Below, one piece after another: positions 17,556 through 27,596 of a stretch of 64,000 nucleotides of DNA. The notes under the pieces are model-generated. The model saw nothing but the letters and a program-made list of their open reading frames with translations, had not been told where the DNA came from and made no database searches. The DNA lies in assembly GCA_026387335.1 (NCBI GenBank), contig JAPLLX010000001.1:234620-298619 (forward strand). Direction: 5' to 3'. Positions within the stretch are counted from its first letter, which is position 1, and every line of letters begins with the position of its first letter. Position numbers and translations under genes: made by a program. This DNA is from Candidatus Omnitrophota bacterium (lineage in GTDB: Bacteria > Omnitrophota > Gorgyraeia > Gygaellales > Profunditerraquicolaceae).

Positions 17556-19434
17556 GGTCATCGGTATTGACTTAGGAACATCAAATTCAGCAGCAGCAGT
17601 TATGGAAGGCGGCAGGCCCGTTATAATTCCTTCGGCTGAAGGCGCGGGAGTGGCTTCAGGAAAGGCGTTTCCTTCTTATGTCGCTTTTACTAAAGACGGC
17701 CAGCGTTTAGTCGGTGAGCCGGCAAGGCGCCAAGCAGCAATAAATGCCGAAGGCACTATACAGGCAGCTAAGCGCAAGATGGGCACGGATTTTAAATTTA
17801 AAGTCTTTGGCAAAGAATATTCGCCGCAACAGATCTCGGCGTTTATTTTGCAAAAGATTAAACAGGACGCGGAGAGTTATTTAGGCGATAAGATCGAGGA
17901 AGTGGTTATCACCTGCCCGGCGTACTTCGACGATAACCAACGTCAGGCAACTAAAGACGCTGGAGAAATAGCCGGATTAAAGGTTTTGCGTATTATTAAT
18001 GAGCCTACTGCCGCCTGTCTGGCTTATGGCTTGGAGAAAGCCCAGAAGGCCCAGAAGATCATGGTTTTTGATTTAGGCGGCGGCACTTTGGATGTAACCA
18101 TAATGGAGATGGATCAGGGCGTATTCCATGTGCAGTCAACGTCCGGAGATACGCAGTTAGGCGGCACGGATATGGATAAGGTTATGCTGGAATATATTGC
18201 CGCGCAATTCAAGCGGGAAACCGGCATTGACCTGATGAATGATAAGATGGCGGTGCAGAGGGTGCGCGAAGCCGCGGAAAAAGCCAAGATTGAATTATCT
18301 TCAACAGTGAGCACAGATATAAACCTGCCGTTTATTACAGCGGATGCTACGGGCCCAAAACATCTGACTATGACTATAACCCGGGCAAAATTAGAGGACC
18401 TTATTGCGCCGATAATTGAGCGGTGCAAACATCCGATGGAGCAGGCGCTGAGTGATGCGAAATTAACCGCTAAGGAGATAGATCGTATTATCATGGTTGG
18501 CGGGCCCACGCGTATGCCGATAGTGCAGAAATTTGTCGAAGATTATGTAGGTAAGAAGATTGAACGCGGGGTTGACCCTATGGAATGTGTGGCTTTGGGT
18601 GCCGCGGTCCAGGCAGCGATTATTAAGGGCGATGTTAAGGATGTCCTGTTACTTGACGTTACTCCGCTCTCTTTAGGCATAGAAACCTTAGGAGGAGTAA
18701 ACACAAAGTTAATTGAAAGAAACGCTTCTATCCCCACGCAAAAGAGCCAGATATTCTCTACTGCCGCTGATAACCAAACCGCGGTGACTATCCGGGTTCT
18801 GCAGGGCGAACGGCCCATGGCCGACGATAATGTGGAACTGGGAAGGTTTGATTTGGTGGGTATCCCTGCCGCGGCCCGCGGTATTCCCCAAATTGAAGTA
18901 AAATTTGATATTGATCGCGATGGCATTGTGCATGTTTCCGCCAAAGATTTAGGCACGGGCAAGGAGCAATCTATTCGCATTACGGCGCCTAAGAAATTGT
19001 CTAAAGAAGAGATCGATAGGATGGTTAAAGACGCGGAAAAATTTGCCGCGGATGACACCAAGAAAAAAGAAGAGATCGAGACTATTAATCAGGCCGATAA
19101 CCTGGTTTACGCGACCGAAAAATCGTTAAAGGATTACGGTGATAAGGTCTCTCAGGCCGAGAGAGCGGATATTGAAGCTAAGGCTAACGATTTAAAAGCC
19201 GCGATAAAAGATAAGAACGTGGAAAGAATCAAAAAAGGAATGGAAGATTTAAGCCGCGCTTCGCATAAACTGGCGGAGGAGATTTACAAACAGGCAGCCA
19301 GCAAACAGCAGGCAAAAACAGGCCAAACCGGGCCAGGGCCTGATGAGGCTCAAGAAGCCCCCAAAGAAGAAAATAAAAAAGAGGAAGAGATCATTGACGC
19401 TGATTTTAAAGAAGAGGATAACGGTAAGAAATAA
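17548..19434 (+). CDS. dnaK: Chaperone DnaK (Hsp70)
   Basis: [35 protein letters not shown]. Confidence 0.97.
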   Translation: MAKVIGIDLGTSNSAAAVMEGGRPVIIPSAEGAGVASGKAFPSYVAFTKDGQRLVGEPARRQAAINAEGTIQAAKRKMGTDFKFKVFGKEYSPQQISAFILQKIKQDAESYLGDKIEEVVITCPAYFDDNQRQATKDAGEIAGLKVLRIINEPTAACLAYGLEKAQKAQKIMVFDLGGGTLDVTIMEMDQGVFHVQSTSGDTQLGGTDMDKVMLEYIAAQFKRETGIDLMNDKMAVQRVREAAEKAKIELSSTVSTDINLPFITADATGPKHLTMTITRAKLEDLIAPIIERCKHPMEQALSDAKLTAKEIDRIIMVGGPTRMPIVQKFVEDYVGKKIERGVDPMECVALGAAVQAAIIKGDVKDVLLLDVTPLSLGIETLGGVNTKLIERNASIPTQKSQIFSTAADNQTAVTIRVLQGERPMADDNVELGRFDLVGIPAAARGIPQIEVKFDIDRDGIVHVSAKDLGTGKEQSIRITAPKKLSKEEIDRMVKDAEKFAADDTKKKEEIETINQADNLVYATEKSLKDYGDKVSQAERADIEAKANDLKAAIKDKNVERIKKGMEDLSRASHKLAEEIYKQAASKQQAKTGQTGPGPDEAQEAPKEENKKEEEIIDADFKEEDNGKK

Positions 19435-19446
19435 AGATTAATTATT

Positions 19447-20571
19447 ATGGCGGCTACTAAACGCGATTATTACGAAATCTTGGGTGCGCAAAAGAACGCC
19501 AGTCTTGATGAAATCAAAAAAGCGTATCGTGAGCTGGCCTTGAAATTTCATCCTGACCGGGTCCCGCATGAGCAGAAAAAAGAGGCGGAAGAAAAGTTCA
19601 AGGAGATCTCTGAGGCTTATGCTGTTTTATCCGATTCCCAAAAACGCGCTTTGTATGACCAATACGGCCATTCCGGAATAGACCAGAAATACGCGCAGGA
19701 AGACATTTTTAAGAACGCGGATTTCAGCAGTGTATTCCAGGACTTAGGTGATGTGGGTTTAGGCGGAGGATTATTTGACGAGATATTCAGTGATTTAGGT
19801 TATGATTTTTTTAGCTCTAACCGCTCAGCCGGGAGTTCCGGGGCCAGGCGCAGGGGAAGAGACCTGCAGATTTCCGTAAGTATAACCTTAGAAGAGGCGG
19901 CTAGAGGCACGGAAAAAACAATTACTGTGCCCCGCTATGAGACTTGTTCTACTTGCGCGGGAACCGGCGCTAAACCCGGGACAAGAAGGAGTACTTGTTC
20001 TCAATGCAAGGGTTCGGGAAGGGTAGTTGTTGCTAAGGGATTTTTCCAATTAGCCCAGGCCTGCAGCCGTTGCGGCGGCGAAGGTTCAGTAATCCAGTCA
20101 CCCTGTTCTGAATGCCGGGGTCAGGGAAGGGTCAAGGTTACGCGTAAAATCAAAGTAAAAATTCCCGCCGGAGTAGATAGCGGGTCCAATTTAAGGGTCC
20201 GCGGCGAAGGCGAAGCAGGAGCGGCTTCCAAGGGAGATTTATACGTAATTATAGAGGTAACGCCCAGTTCAATTTTTCAGAGGCACGATAATAATATATT
20301 AATCGAGGTTAATATAAGTTTGAGTAAAGCTGTGCTGGGCGGGGATATTATTGTTTCTACCTTGGACGGGAAAGTGGATATGAAAATACCTGCCGGTACG
20401 CAGGGAGGGAGTATATTCAGGCTAAGAGGTAAAGGTATACAGGACTTACACGGCAGGGGAACGGGGGATGAGCTGGTAAAAATAAATGTGGAGATCCCTA
20501 AACGCTTGACTTCCCAACAGCTTAAGCTTATGGAAGAATTCGCCCGCATTTCAGGAGAGAAGACTAGATAA
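19447..20571 (+). CDS. dnaJ: Chaperone DnaJ
   Basis: J-domain HPD, four CxxCxGxG repeats. Confidence 0.97.
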   Translation: MAATKRDYYEILGAQKNASLDEIKKAYRELALKFHPDRVPHEQKKEAEEKFKEISEAYAVLSDSQKRALYDQYGHSGIDQKYAQEDIFKNADFSSVFQDLGDVGLGGGLFDEIFSDLGYDFFSSNRSAGSSGARRRGRDLQISVSITLEEAARGTEKTITVPRYETCSTCAGTGAKPGTRRSTCSQCKGSGRVVVAKGFFQLAQACSRCGGEGSVIQSPCSECRGQGRVKVTRKIKVKIPAGVDSGSNLRVRGEGEAGAASKGDLYVIIEVTPSSIFQRHDNNILIEVNISLSKAVLGGDIIVSTLDGKVDMKIPAGTQGGSIFRLRGKGIQDLHGRGTGDELVKINVEIPKRLTSQQLKLMEEFARISGEKTR

Positions 20572-20586
20572 AAATATAGGAAAATG

Positions 20587-20642
20587 CTCCGCGCATAGCG
20601 CGGAGTAAACAAGCGTTAAGCGCCGGGGGCAACGCTTGTTTA
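20587..20642. repeat. Tandem hairpins (CTCCGCGC-ATA-GCGCGGAG plus 12-bp stem with 13-nt loop)
   Basis: TAAACAAGCGTT/AACGCTTGTTTA perfect inverted repeat, immediately before AGGAG. Confidence 0.75.
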
Positions 20643-20653
20643 AGGAGAAAGAT

Positions 20654-20923
20654 ATGCCGACTTATGAATATGAATGCGTAAATTGTAACAAGATATTTGA
20701 TATATTCCAGAAGATGACTGATAAGCCGCTGGATAAGTGCCCGAAATGCCATAAAAAAATCAGCCGGCTCATTGGCGGCGGAGCCGGCGTAATCTTTAAA
20801 GGTTCGGGGTTTTACGCTACGGATTACCGTAAGCCAAAAAAGGAAAAGCCTGCTTCTTCGGGAAAAGCCGGAACCTGTCCTGCTCCCAAGGGAGGATGTG
20901 ACAGTTGTCCGCACGCCCACTAA
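20654..20923 (+). CDS. FmdB-family zinc-ribbon protein
   Basis: MPTYEYECxxC...CPKC...FKGSGFYATDY; ATG at 20654 after AGGAG. Confidence 0.88.
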   Translation: MPTYEYECVNCNKIFDIFQKMTDKPLDKCPKCHKKISRLIGGGAGVIFKGSGFYATDYRKPKKEKPASSGKAGTCPAPKGGCDSCPHAH

Positions 20924-20926
20924 AAA

Positions 20927-22213
20927 ATGATAAGGATCAAGCCATTTAACGCGGTTTTTTATAATAAAGAGAAGGTAAAAAACTTATCTTCGGTCGTCTG
21001 CCCGCCGTATGATATTATTTCACCCGTCCAACAGGACTATTACCATGATCTTGACCCGTATAATTTCATTCATGTTCTTTTGGGTAAGGATATTCCGGGA
21101 GAAAATAAATACAAACGTTCCAAATCAATTTTTAACAATTGGCTTAAAGATAGGTTTTTGATTCAGGATACGAAACCTTGCATATATTTTTATAGCCAGG
21201 AATATAATATCAGAGGGGAAAAGAAAACCCGGCTGGGTTTTATCGCGCTTTTAAGGCTGGGGAGTAATGATTCTCCTGTGTTTGGGCATGAACATACGCG
21301 GATTGAGGCAAAAGAAGACAGGCTAAAGATTACCAGGAATGTTAATGCTAATTTAAGCCCTATATTTATTGTAGCTAAGGATAAACAACGGGTTATCCAG
21401 CGCGTATTTGCGCAGCATATTAAAAATGAGACGCCGTTTATGGAAACCGCGGATAATGAAAAGACAGTGCATAAGATCTGGAGGATAGCTACTCCTGAAG
21501 TGTTGAATATGATAGAATCTGGCATGCTCAAGGAGGATGCTTTTATCGCTGACGGGCACCATAGGTATGAGGTCTCCTGCGCTTACCGGGATGAGCTAAA
21601 AGAAAAAATGCAAGGTAGGTTTTCTGAAGAGTCCAGTTTTAATTATACCCTGGCCTATTTCACTAATACTGACCAGCGTGGGCTATCCATACTGCCGATT
21701 CATCGCCTGCTTAAGTTAGACAAACCGCTGGATTTGGATAATTTTCTTGCGCAGTTGAAAAAATATTTTGACGTGGAAGAAGTTAAAGATAAGTCCCGCT
21801 TTTTCTTTCTTATGGAGAAGGGCGGACAAGCAGAACATTTGCTGGGTATGTATAAAAATAAAAGGTATTGGCTCCTGCGTTTAAAAAATATTAAGCTTTT
21901 GGATAAACTTATTAGCGATAAGCCCAAGGAATACCGTACGCTGGATGTTTCTATTTTGAACCATCTAGTTTTTAAGGATATATTAGGTTACGATTCAGCG
22001 AACAGGGATAGCCTTAAATACAGCCCCAGCCCGCAGGATTTTATTGACGCCGCGGGAGCTTGCCCGTTAAGTATAGCCTTTTTCCTAAATCCGGTGAAGA
22101 TGGAACAAATTATCGCGGTAGCTTTAAACGGAAACAAAATGCCGGCTAAATCCACCTATTTTTATCCGAAGGTTTTATCAGGTTTAGTTATTCATAAACA
22201 TGAGGAGATATAA
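20927..22213 (+). CDS. DUF1015-family protein
   Basis: CPPYDII, HEHT, IADGHHRY, MPAKSTYFYPK. Confidence 0.88.
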   Translation: MIRIKPFNAVFYNKEKVKNLSSVVCPPYDIISPVQQDYYHDLDPYNFIHVLLGKDIPGENKYKRSKSIFNNWLKDRFLIQDTKPCIYFYSQEYNIRGEKKTRLGFIALLRLGSNDSPVFGHEHTRIEAKEDRLKITRNVNANLSPIFIVAKDKQRVIQRVFAQHIKNETPFMETADNEKTVHKIWRIATPEVLNMIESGMLKEDAFIADGHHRYEVSCAYRDELKEKMQGRFSEESSFNYTLAYFTNTDQRGLSILPIHRLLKLDKPLDLDNFLAQLKKYFDVEEVKDKSRFFFLMEKGGQAEHLLGMYKNKRYWLLRLKNIKLLDKLISDKPKEYRTLDVSILNHLVFKDILGYDSANRDSLKYSPSPQDFIDAAGACPLSIAFFLNPVKMEQIIAVALNGNKMPAKSTYFYPKVLSGLVIHKHEEI

Positions 22214-22218
22214 ATAAG

Positions 22219-23058
22219 ATGGCTCTCTTCGGAAAACCGAAATATACCATTGTCAGGGTAAAGAAGAAAGAGATCCCGGAAGGGCTTTGGGCTAAATGCG
22301 AAGAATGTTCCGAGACTCTTTATAATAAAACTATTGAAGAGAACCTTAAAGTTTGTCCTAAGTGCGGAAGTCATTTTTCTCTCGGAGCCTATGAAAGAAT
22401 AAATATGCTTTTGGACAAAGATACTTTTAAGGAATATGATAAAGATATGCTTTCAGCAGATCCTTTAGATTTTAAGGGCCCCAAGACTTACAAAGATAAA
22501 CTAAAACAGGATCAGCTTATTACCGGTTTAAATGACGCGGTTGTTTCCGGAGAGGGCCAGCTGGAGCATAAAAAAATAGTTATAGCGGTTACCGACTCGC
22601 GTTTTATTATGGGCTCAATGGGTTCGGTAGTCGGAGAAAAAATAACCCGGGCAATTGAAGAAGCGACTAAAAATAAACTCTCTTTAATCATTGTTTCCGG
22701 CTCAGGCGGAGGCGCAAGGATGTATGAAGGTATGCTCAGTCTTATGCAGATGTCCAAAACCTGCGCAGCTTTAAGCTATCACCGCAAAGCAAAACTACCC
22801 TATATTTCCGTACTTACTAACCCTACTATGGGAGGAGTTATGGCATCTTTTGCCGGGGTGGGGGATATTATTATTGCTGAACCCCGGGCTCTGATTGGCT
22901 TTGCCGGCCCCCGGGTTATTGAGCAGACTATAAGGCAAAAACTTCCTGCGGGTTTCCAACGTTCAGAATTTTTACTTGAGCACGGCCTCATAGATATGAT
23001 TGTGCAGCGTAAGAACCTTAAGTCTACTTTAAGCCAATTACTTGATTATTTAAGTTAA
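22219..23058 (+). CDS. accD: Acetyl-CoA carboxylase carboxyltransferase beta subunit
   Basis: GLWxKC zinc finger, GSMGSVVGEKI, GGARM, IGFAGPRVIEQT. Confidence 0.95.
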   Translation: MALFGKPKYTIVRVKKKEIPEGLWAKCEECSETLYNKTIEENLKVCPKCGSHFSLGAYERINMLLDKDTFKEYDKDMLSADPLDFKGPKTYKDKLKQDQLITGLNDAVVSGEGQLEHKKIVIAVTDSRFIMGSMGSVVGEKITRAIEEATKNKLSLIIVSGSGGGARMYEGMLSLMQMSKTCAALSYHRKAKLPYISVLTNPTMGGVMASFAGVGDIIIAEPRALIGFAGPRVIEQTIRQKLPAGFQRSEFLLEHGLIDMIVQRKNLKSTLSQLLDYLS

Positions 23059-23070
23059 ATTTAATATAAT
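23042..23070 (+). promoter_or_regulatory. Sigma70-type promoter
   Basis: TTGATT-17 nt-TATAAT. Confidence 0.55.
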
Positions 23071-23097
23071 AATTAATAATGTAAGTTAAACAATAGC

Positions 23098-23199
23098 TTC
23101 GTGCAGAGCACGAGGCACAGCTAAATCGAGTGGCACGACTAAACACTTGCCGGGGGCAAGTGTAAATTAGTCGTAAACGCCAGAGGCACGACTAATTTA
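23098..23199 (+). promoter_or_regulatory. Structured 5' leader, candidate cis-regulatory RNA or REP cluster
   Basis: Several hairpins; GGCACGACTAA occurs twice and both copies can pair with TTAGTCGT. Confidence 0.5.
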
Positions 23200-23209
23200 A
23201 AGGAGAAAT

Positions 23210-24313
23210 ATGGCTCAGGTAAGTTTGAAAAATGTCTGCAAGGTTTTTGCGGGTAACATAAAGGCTGTAGATAATGTGAACATGGGTATTGAGAATAAGG
23301 AGTTTATGGTTTTAGTCGGCCCCTCCGGATGCGGAAAATCCACAACCCTAAGGATGATCGCCGGCTTAGAAGAGATAAGCTCAGGCGATATTTATATAGG
23401 TAATAAAATAGTTAACGATGTCCCGGCAAAAGACAGGGATATTGCCATGGTTTTTCAGAATTACGCCTTATACCCGCATATGACGGTTTTTGAGAATATG
23501 TCGTTCGGATTGCGGCTTAGGCGCATACCGAAGTCCGAGATTAACCAACGCGTAAATGATGCCGCGGACATATTGGGCATCAAGAGGCTGTTGCATCGGC
23601 GGCCGAAAGAACTTTCCGGCGGCGAGCGCCAGCGGGTAGCAGTAGGAAGAGCGATTGTGCGCAAGCCACTGGTATTTTTATTTGATGAGCCCTTAAGCAA
23701 CCTGGATGCCAAGATGCGCGTTCAGATGCGCACCGAAATACATAAATTACATATAAGGCTTCAGACCACCATAATTTATGTCACTCATGACCAGGTGGAA
23801 GCTATGACCATGGGGGACAGGATTGCCGTAATGAAAGACGGCATTCTGCATCAGGTCGCCGACCCGATAACTGTTTACGACCATCCCAGAAATAAGTTTG
23901 TCGCCGGTTTTATTGGTTCGCCTCCGATGAATTTTATGAATGGCCGGATAATTAAAAAGGACGGACGTCTCTATTTTGACGAGGGTAAAATTGTGGTTAA
24001 GTTGGTGGATGATATGCGCCAAAAGATGAATGCCTATGTTAATAGGGATATAATTTTCGGTATCCGTTCCGAAGATATTTATGATAAGCTTTTTGTTTCG
24101 GAGGCTCCGCCGGAAAATATCGTAAGGGTCAACTGCGAAGTTTATGAACCAATGGGTTCAGAAGTTTACCTCTACTTAAATACCGGTAGGCATACTTTTA
24201 TCGCCCGCGTAGGCGCGCATAACCGGCCTAAAATAAACCAGGAAATGGATCTTGTTTTTGATATGAGTAAGGTCCACTTTTTTGATAAAGATAGCGAAGA
24301 AACGATTATTTGA
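23210..24313 (+). CDS. Sugar ABC transporter ATP-binding protein (MsmX/MalK/UgpC family)
   Basis: GPSGCGKS, VFQNYALYPHM, LSGG, DEPLSNLDAK, C-terminal TOBE region. Confidence 0.93.
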   Translation: MAQVSLKNVCKVFAGNIKAVDNVNMGIENKEFMVLVGPSGCGKSTTLRMIAGLEEISSGDIYIGNKIVNDVPAKDRDIAMVFQNYALYPHMTVFENMSFGLRLRRIPKSEINQRVNDAADILGIKRLLHRRPKELSGGERQRVAVGRAIVRKPLVFLFDEPLSNLDAKMRVQMRTEIHKLHIRLQTTIIYVTHDQVEAMTMGDRIAVMKDGILHQVADPITVYDHPRNKFVAGFIGSPPMNFMNGRIIKKDGRLYFDEGKIVVKLVDDMRQKMNAYVNRDIIFGIRSEDIYDKLFVSEAPPENIVRVNCEVYEPMGSEVYLYLNTGRHTFIARVGAHNRPKINQEMDLVFDMSKVHFFDKDSEETII

Positions 24314-24328
24314 AATAGGAAGACAGAT

Positions 24329-25627
24329 ATGCCCAATCCTTCAGGGAAAGTTCTTCCCTTAAAGATAACCGGCTACATAATTTCTCTCCTGTTATTTTAT
24401 TTCATCCTGCCTATTTATTTGCTCAAGTTTTGCGCAACGCCGCGTTTTGTATCTCTTGGTTTATTTTACCTCTCCAACCTCATTATCATATACTGCCTTT
24501 ACCGGAAGAATTCAGCCAGGAATTATTCATTTGATTCACTTATCCAGGATGTTCAGGAGAGGTTTAACCTTTTAAGGGTTGAATATGCAAAAGAACGCCA
24601 GAATAACGCTGCCTTAAAAGAAAAGAACAGGCGTTACCAGAGTCTTAAAAGTGTTCTCGAAAAGATTAACCAAGACCTGGATTTGGATAATGTCGCGGAT
24701 ACGCTGGCCGCGGAAGTTTTTTCGCTCATCGGAGACAATAAGGGGCTTTGTCTCCTATATTTAGTTGATAATCAGACTCAGAAACTAAACTTATTTAAGG
24801 CTAAGAAAGACGACCCCACGCTAGTAGTAAAATCCAAGGAAGGGGATATCTTTGACCACTGGGTATTGAGGCATGCCGGGCCCTTGTTGATCGAAGACAT
24901 TAAAAACGATTTCCGTTTTGACTTGGAAAAGTTAAAAACTCAGGATTCCCGCCCCATATCTTCGCTTATCAGCGCGCCGTTTATCAGTGAAAATAAATTT
25001 TTAGGCCTTATCCGGCTGGATAATAAGTCAACGCATTCCTATTCGCAGGATGATTTAAGGTTTTTAGCTTCTATTTCGGATTTGGGCGCTCTGGCGCTAG
25101 AGAATAGCGAGCTATACCAAAAAACCCAGGATCTAGCCATCCATGACGCGCTAACCTCACTTTATACTAAAGGTTATTTCGCGCAGCGCCTGAGAGAAGA
25201 ATTTAAAAGGTGTACGCGCCAGGTCATGCCGTTATCCATGCTTATGCTGGATATTGATTTATTCAAAAACTATAACGATCAATTCGGGCATACCGCAGGA
25301 GACATTGTTTTAAAAGAGATAAGCAGGATCATAAGAGAGTCCTTAAGCAATTTCAACGCCATGATCAGCCGTTTTGGCGGGGAAGAGTTCTGTGCTGTGA
25401 TAACCGGGATGGATAAAAATAGCGCTTGTAGCTTCGCGGATTCTTTACGCGCTGATATAGAGAAAGAAAAGATAATCCTGCGGCGCGTAGAAAGCCATGT
25501 AACCGTTTCTATTGGCGTGGCTAGTTTTCCTGTTGATGCCACTGACGAAGATGAATTGATCCAGCGAACAGATAAGGCTCTCTATAAAGCAAAACAAAAA
25601 GGAAGAAACAGAGTATGCTGTATTTAG
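24329..25627 (+). CDS. Membrane GAF-GGDEF diguanylate cyclase
   Basis: Two TM helices, coiled coil, GAF, DIDLFK, RFGGEEF; no RxxD I-site. Confidence 0.88.
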   Translation: MPNPSGKVLPLKITGYIISLLLFYFILPIYLLKFCATPRFVSLGLFYLSNLIIIYCLYRKNSARNYSFDSLIQDVQERFNLLRVEYAKERQNNAALKEKNRRYQSLKSVLEKINQDLDLDNVADTLAAEVFSLIGDNKGLCLLYLVDNQTQKLNLFKAKKDDPTLVVKSKEGDIFDHWVLRHAGPLLIEDIKNDFRFDLEKLKTQDSRPISSLISAPFISENKFLGLIRLDNKSTHSYSQDDLRFLASISDLGALALENSELYQKTQDLAIHDALTSLYTKGYFAQRLREEFKRCTRQVMPLSMLMLDIDLFKNYNDQFGHTAGDIVLKEISRIIRESLSNFNAMISRFGGEEFCAVITGMDKNSACSFADSLRADIEKEKIILRRVESHVTVSIGVASFPVDATDEDELIQRTDKALYKAKQKGRNRVCCI

Positions 25628-26607
25628 GAGCACTGATTTTATGCACGGTATTGTCCTTGAGCCTTTTAAAGAAGATATTCAGCGCTAGCCTGATTAAGAA
25701 AGAAAATAACCTGGCTGCCTTAGAGTCTGAATATGAAAGATTATCCGAAGAGAAATCCGGGTTAATCAAGAACAACCGCAGCCTTGACGAAAAAGTAGCT
25801 CAAACAAAAGCCCTCTACAATTTTACGAAAGACATCTGTAAGACTCTGGACGAAGAAAAAATATTCGGTATTTTTAAAGCCAGGATCGGAGATTATCTTC
25901 AAGGATCAGGTGATTACCAGTTACTGAACAAAGATACTGACCTCTCAATTTACAAAGGCTGTACTATTTTTCCTTTGATTATTCAGGCTGATGTAATCGG
26001 TTATTTAATGGCCGGGGAAATTGAGGATAAAGACAAAGAAAGGTTTCAGATACTCGCCCAGCAATTCCTGATCGGTTTTAAAAGAGCGGTCCTGTTCAAG
26101 AAAATGCAGGAATTGTCCATTACCGACAGCCTGACGCTGCTATTTAGCCGCAGGCATTTCCTGGAGAGATTTAACGAGGAGTTGCGGCGTTCCAAGAAAT
26201 TCAAATATAGCTTTTCTTTCCTTATGGTAGATATAGATAAGTTTAAAGATTTTAATGACCGCTATGGTCATTTAGTAGGAGATGCCATATTAAGAGAAGT
26301 TTCTAAGACCCTAAAAGATACTCTGCGCCAGATCGATTTTGTAGGCAGGTACGGAGGTGAGGAGCTATCCGTTATTTTGGTGGAAACAGATAAGGAGCAG
26401 GCGCGAATCGCGGCGGAACGCTTGCGGCAGGCTGTAGAAGCAAGAAATATAAAGGTTTATGATGAGGAGTTAAAAGTTACCGTAAGCATAGGCATATCCG
26501 CGTTTCCTGATGACAGCTCTAGCGCTAGTACGCTTATTGAACTTGCGGATAAGGCGTTGTATATCGCTAAGCAGGAAGGCAGGAATAGGGTAAAATATTT
26601 AGCGTAA
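25615..26607 (+). CDS. Membrane-anchored GGDEF diguanylate cyclase
   Basis: One TM helix, coiled coil, DIDKFK, RQID I-site, RYGGEEL. Confidence 0.85.
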   Translation: MLYLGALILCTVLSLSLLKKIFSASLIKKENNLAALESEYERLSEEKSGLIKNNRSLDEKVAQTKALYNFTKDICKTLDEEKIFGIFKARIGDYLQGSGDYQLLNKDTDLSIYKGCTIFPLIIQADVIGYLMAGEIEDKDKERFQILAQQFLIGFKRAVLFKKMQELSITDSLTLLFSRRHFLERFNEELRRSKKFKYSFSFLMVDIDKFKDFNDRYGHLVGDAILREVSKTLKDTLRQIDFVGRYGGEELSVILVETDKEQARIAAERLRQAVEARNIKVYDEELKVTVSIGISAFPDDSSSASTLIELADKALYIAKQEGRNRVKYLA

Positions 26608-26651
26608 ATGGCTTGTAAATCTCAAGTTTTTGATATAGAATATTCCACCAT

Positions 26652-27572
26652 ATGGCCAAGAAATTCATAATCAGTATAGATTTAGGCGGAACCAACCTGA
26701 AAGTTGCCCTCCTGGATTTGAATTGCCAGATCAAGGATAAAGAAGTTTTAAGCACGCGCTCATTCCTGGAGAAGGATGATCTTATTTTGGGGATAGTTCA
26801 TTCCGTAAACAGGTTTATAAAATATAATAATTTAAATAAGGCCCAGATCCTGGGAGTCGGCTTAGGGCTTCCCGGCCCCATAGACGCCAAAAACGGGATC
26901 GTCCATTTTTTCCCCAATATCCCGGGATGGAAAGAGGTGAAGCTGCGGGATATTTTAAGGAAAAACCTGGGCCTGTCGGTCTTTATAGACAATGACGCTA
27001 AACTTATGTCTCTAGCCGAATTTAAAATGGGAGCGGCTAAAGGCTTTAATAATATTTTATGTATGACCTTAGGCACAGGTATCGGAGGCGGGCTGATTAT
27101 TAATAGCCGGCTTTACCGGGGTTTTAATAATGCCGCGGGAGAAATAGGCCACTTGCCTATTAATGAAAATGGCCCGGATTGCAACTGCGGCAGCTCAGGG
27201 TGCCTGGAGGCTTACGTAGGAAACAATAGGATTATCGCTGAAGCAAAAAAGGCGTTTAAGCGCGATATTTCTCTGGAAGAATTAAGCCGGCTGGCTGATA
27301 AACATAACCGCATAGCAATGGATGTTTGGAATAAGGCTGGCAGGCACCTGGGGTTTGCTTTGGCCGGAGTAGTCAATCTGCTTAATCTTGACGCCATAGT
27401 AATAGGCGGAGGCGTGGCCAAGGCCGGAAACGTCTTGTTCGATAGTATAATTAAAACACTTAAAAACCAGGCGATGAGCGTGCAGGCTAAACGCGTAAAA
27501 ATATTAAAGGCAAAATTAGGTAATGAAGCCGGTTTAATCGGCGGCGCGATAATGGTAAAAGAAGGTTTATAG
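26652..27572 (+). CDS. ROK-family sugar kinase (glucokinase-like)
   Basis: DLGGT, NDA, LGTGIGGG, GEIGH, CNCGSSGCLEAY. Confidence 0.9.
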   Translation: MAKKFIISIDLGGTNLKVALLDLNCQIKDKEVLSTRSFLEKDDLILGIVHSVNRFIKYNNLNKAQILGVGLGLPGPIDAKNGIVHFFPNIPGWKEVKLRDILRKNLGLSVFIDNDAKLMSLAEFKMGAAKGFNNILCMTLGTGIGGGLIINSRLYRGFNNAAGEIGHLPINENGPDCNCGSSGCLEAYVGNNRIIAEAKKAFKRDISLEELSRLADKHNRIAMDVWNKAGRHLGFALAGVVNLLNLDAIVIGGGVAKAGNVLFDSIIKTLKNQAMSVQAKRVKILKAKLGNEAGLIGGAIMVKEGL

Positions 27573-27596
27573 ATTTTTTAAAGAGGAGATATTGGA

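Noticed and set aside
23098-23199. CRISPR mini-array
   Set aside because: Only an 11-nt repeat present twice, no regular spacers and no cas genes.
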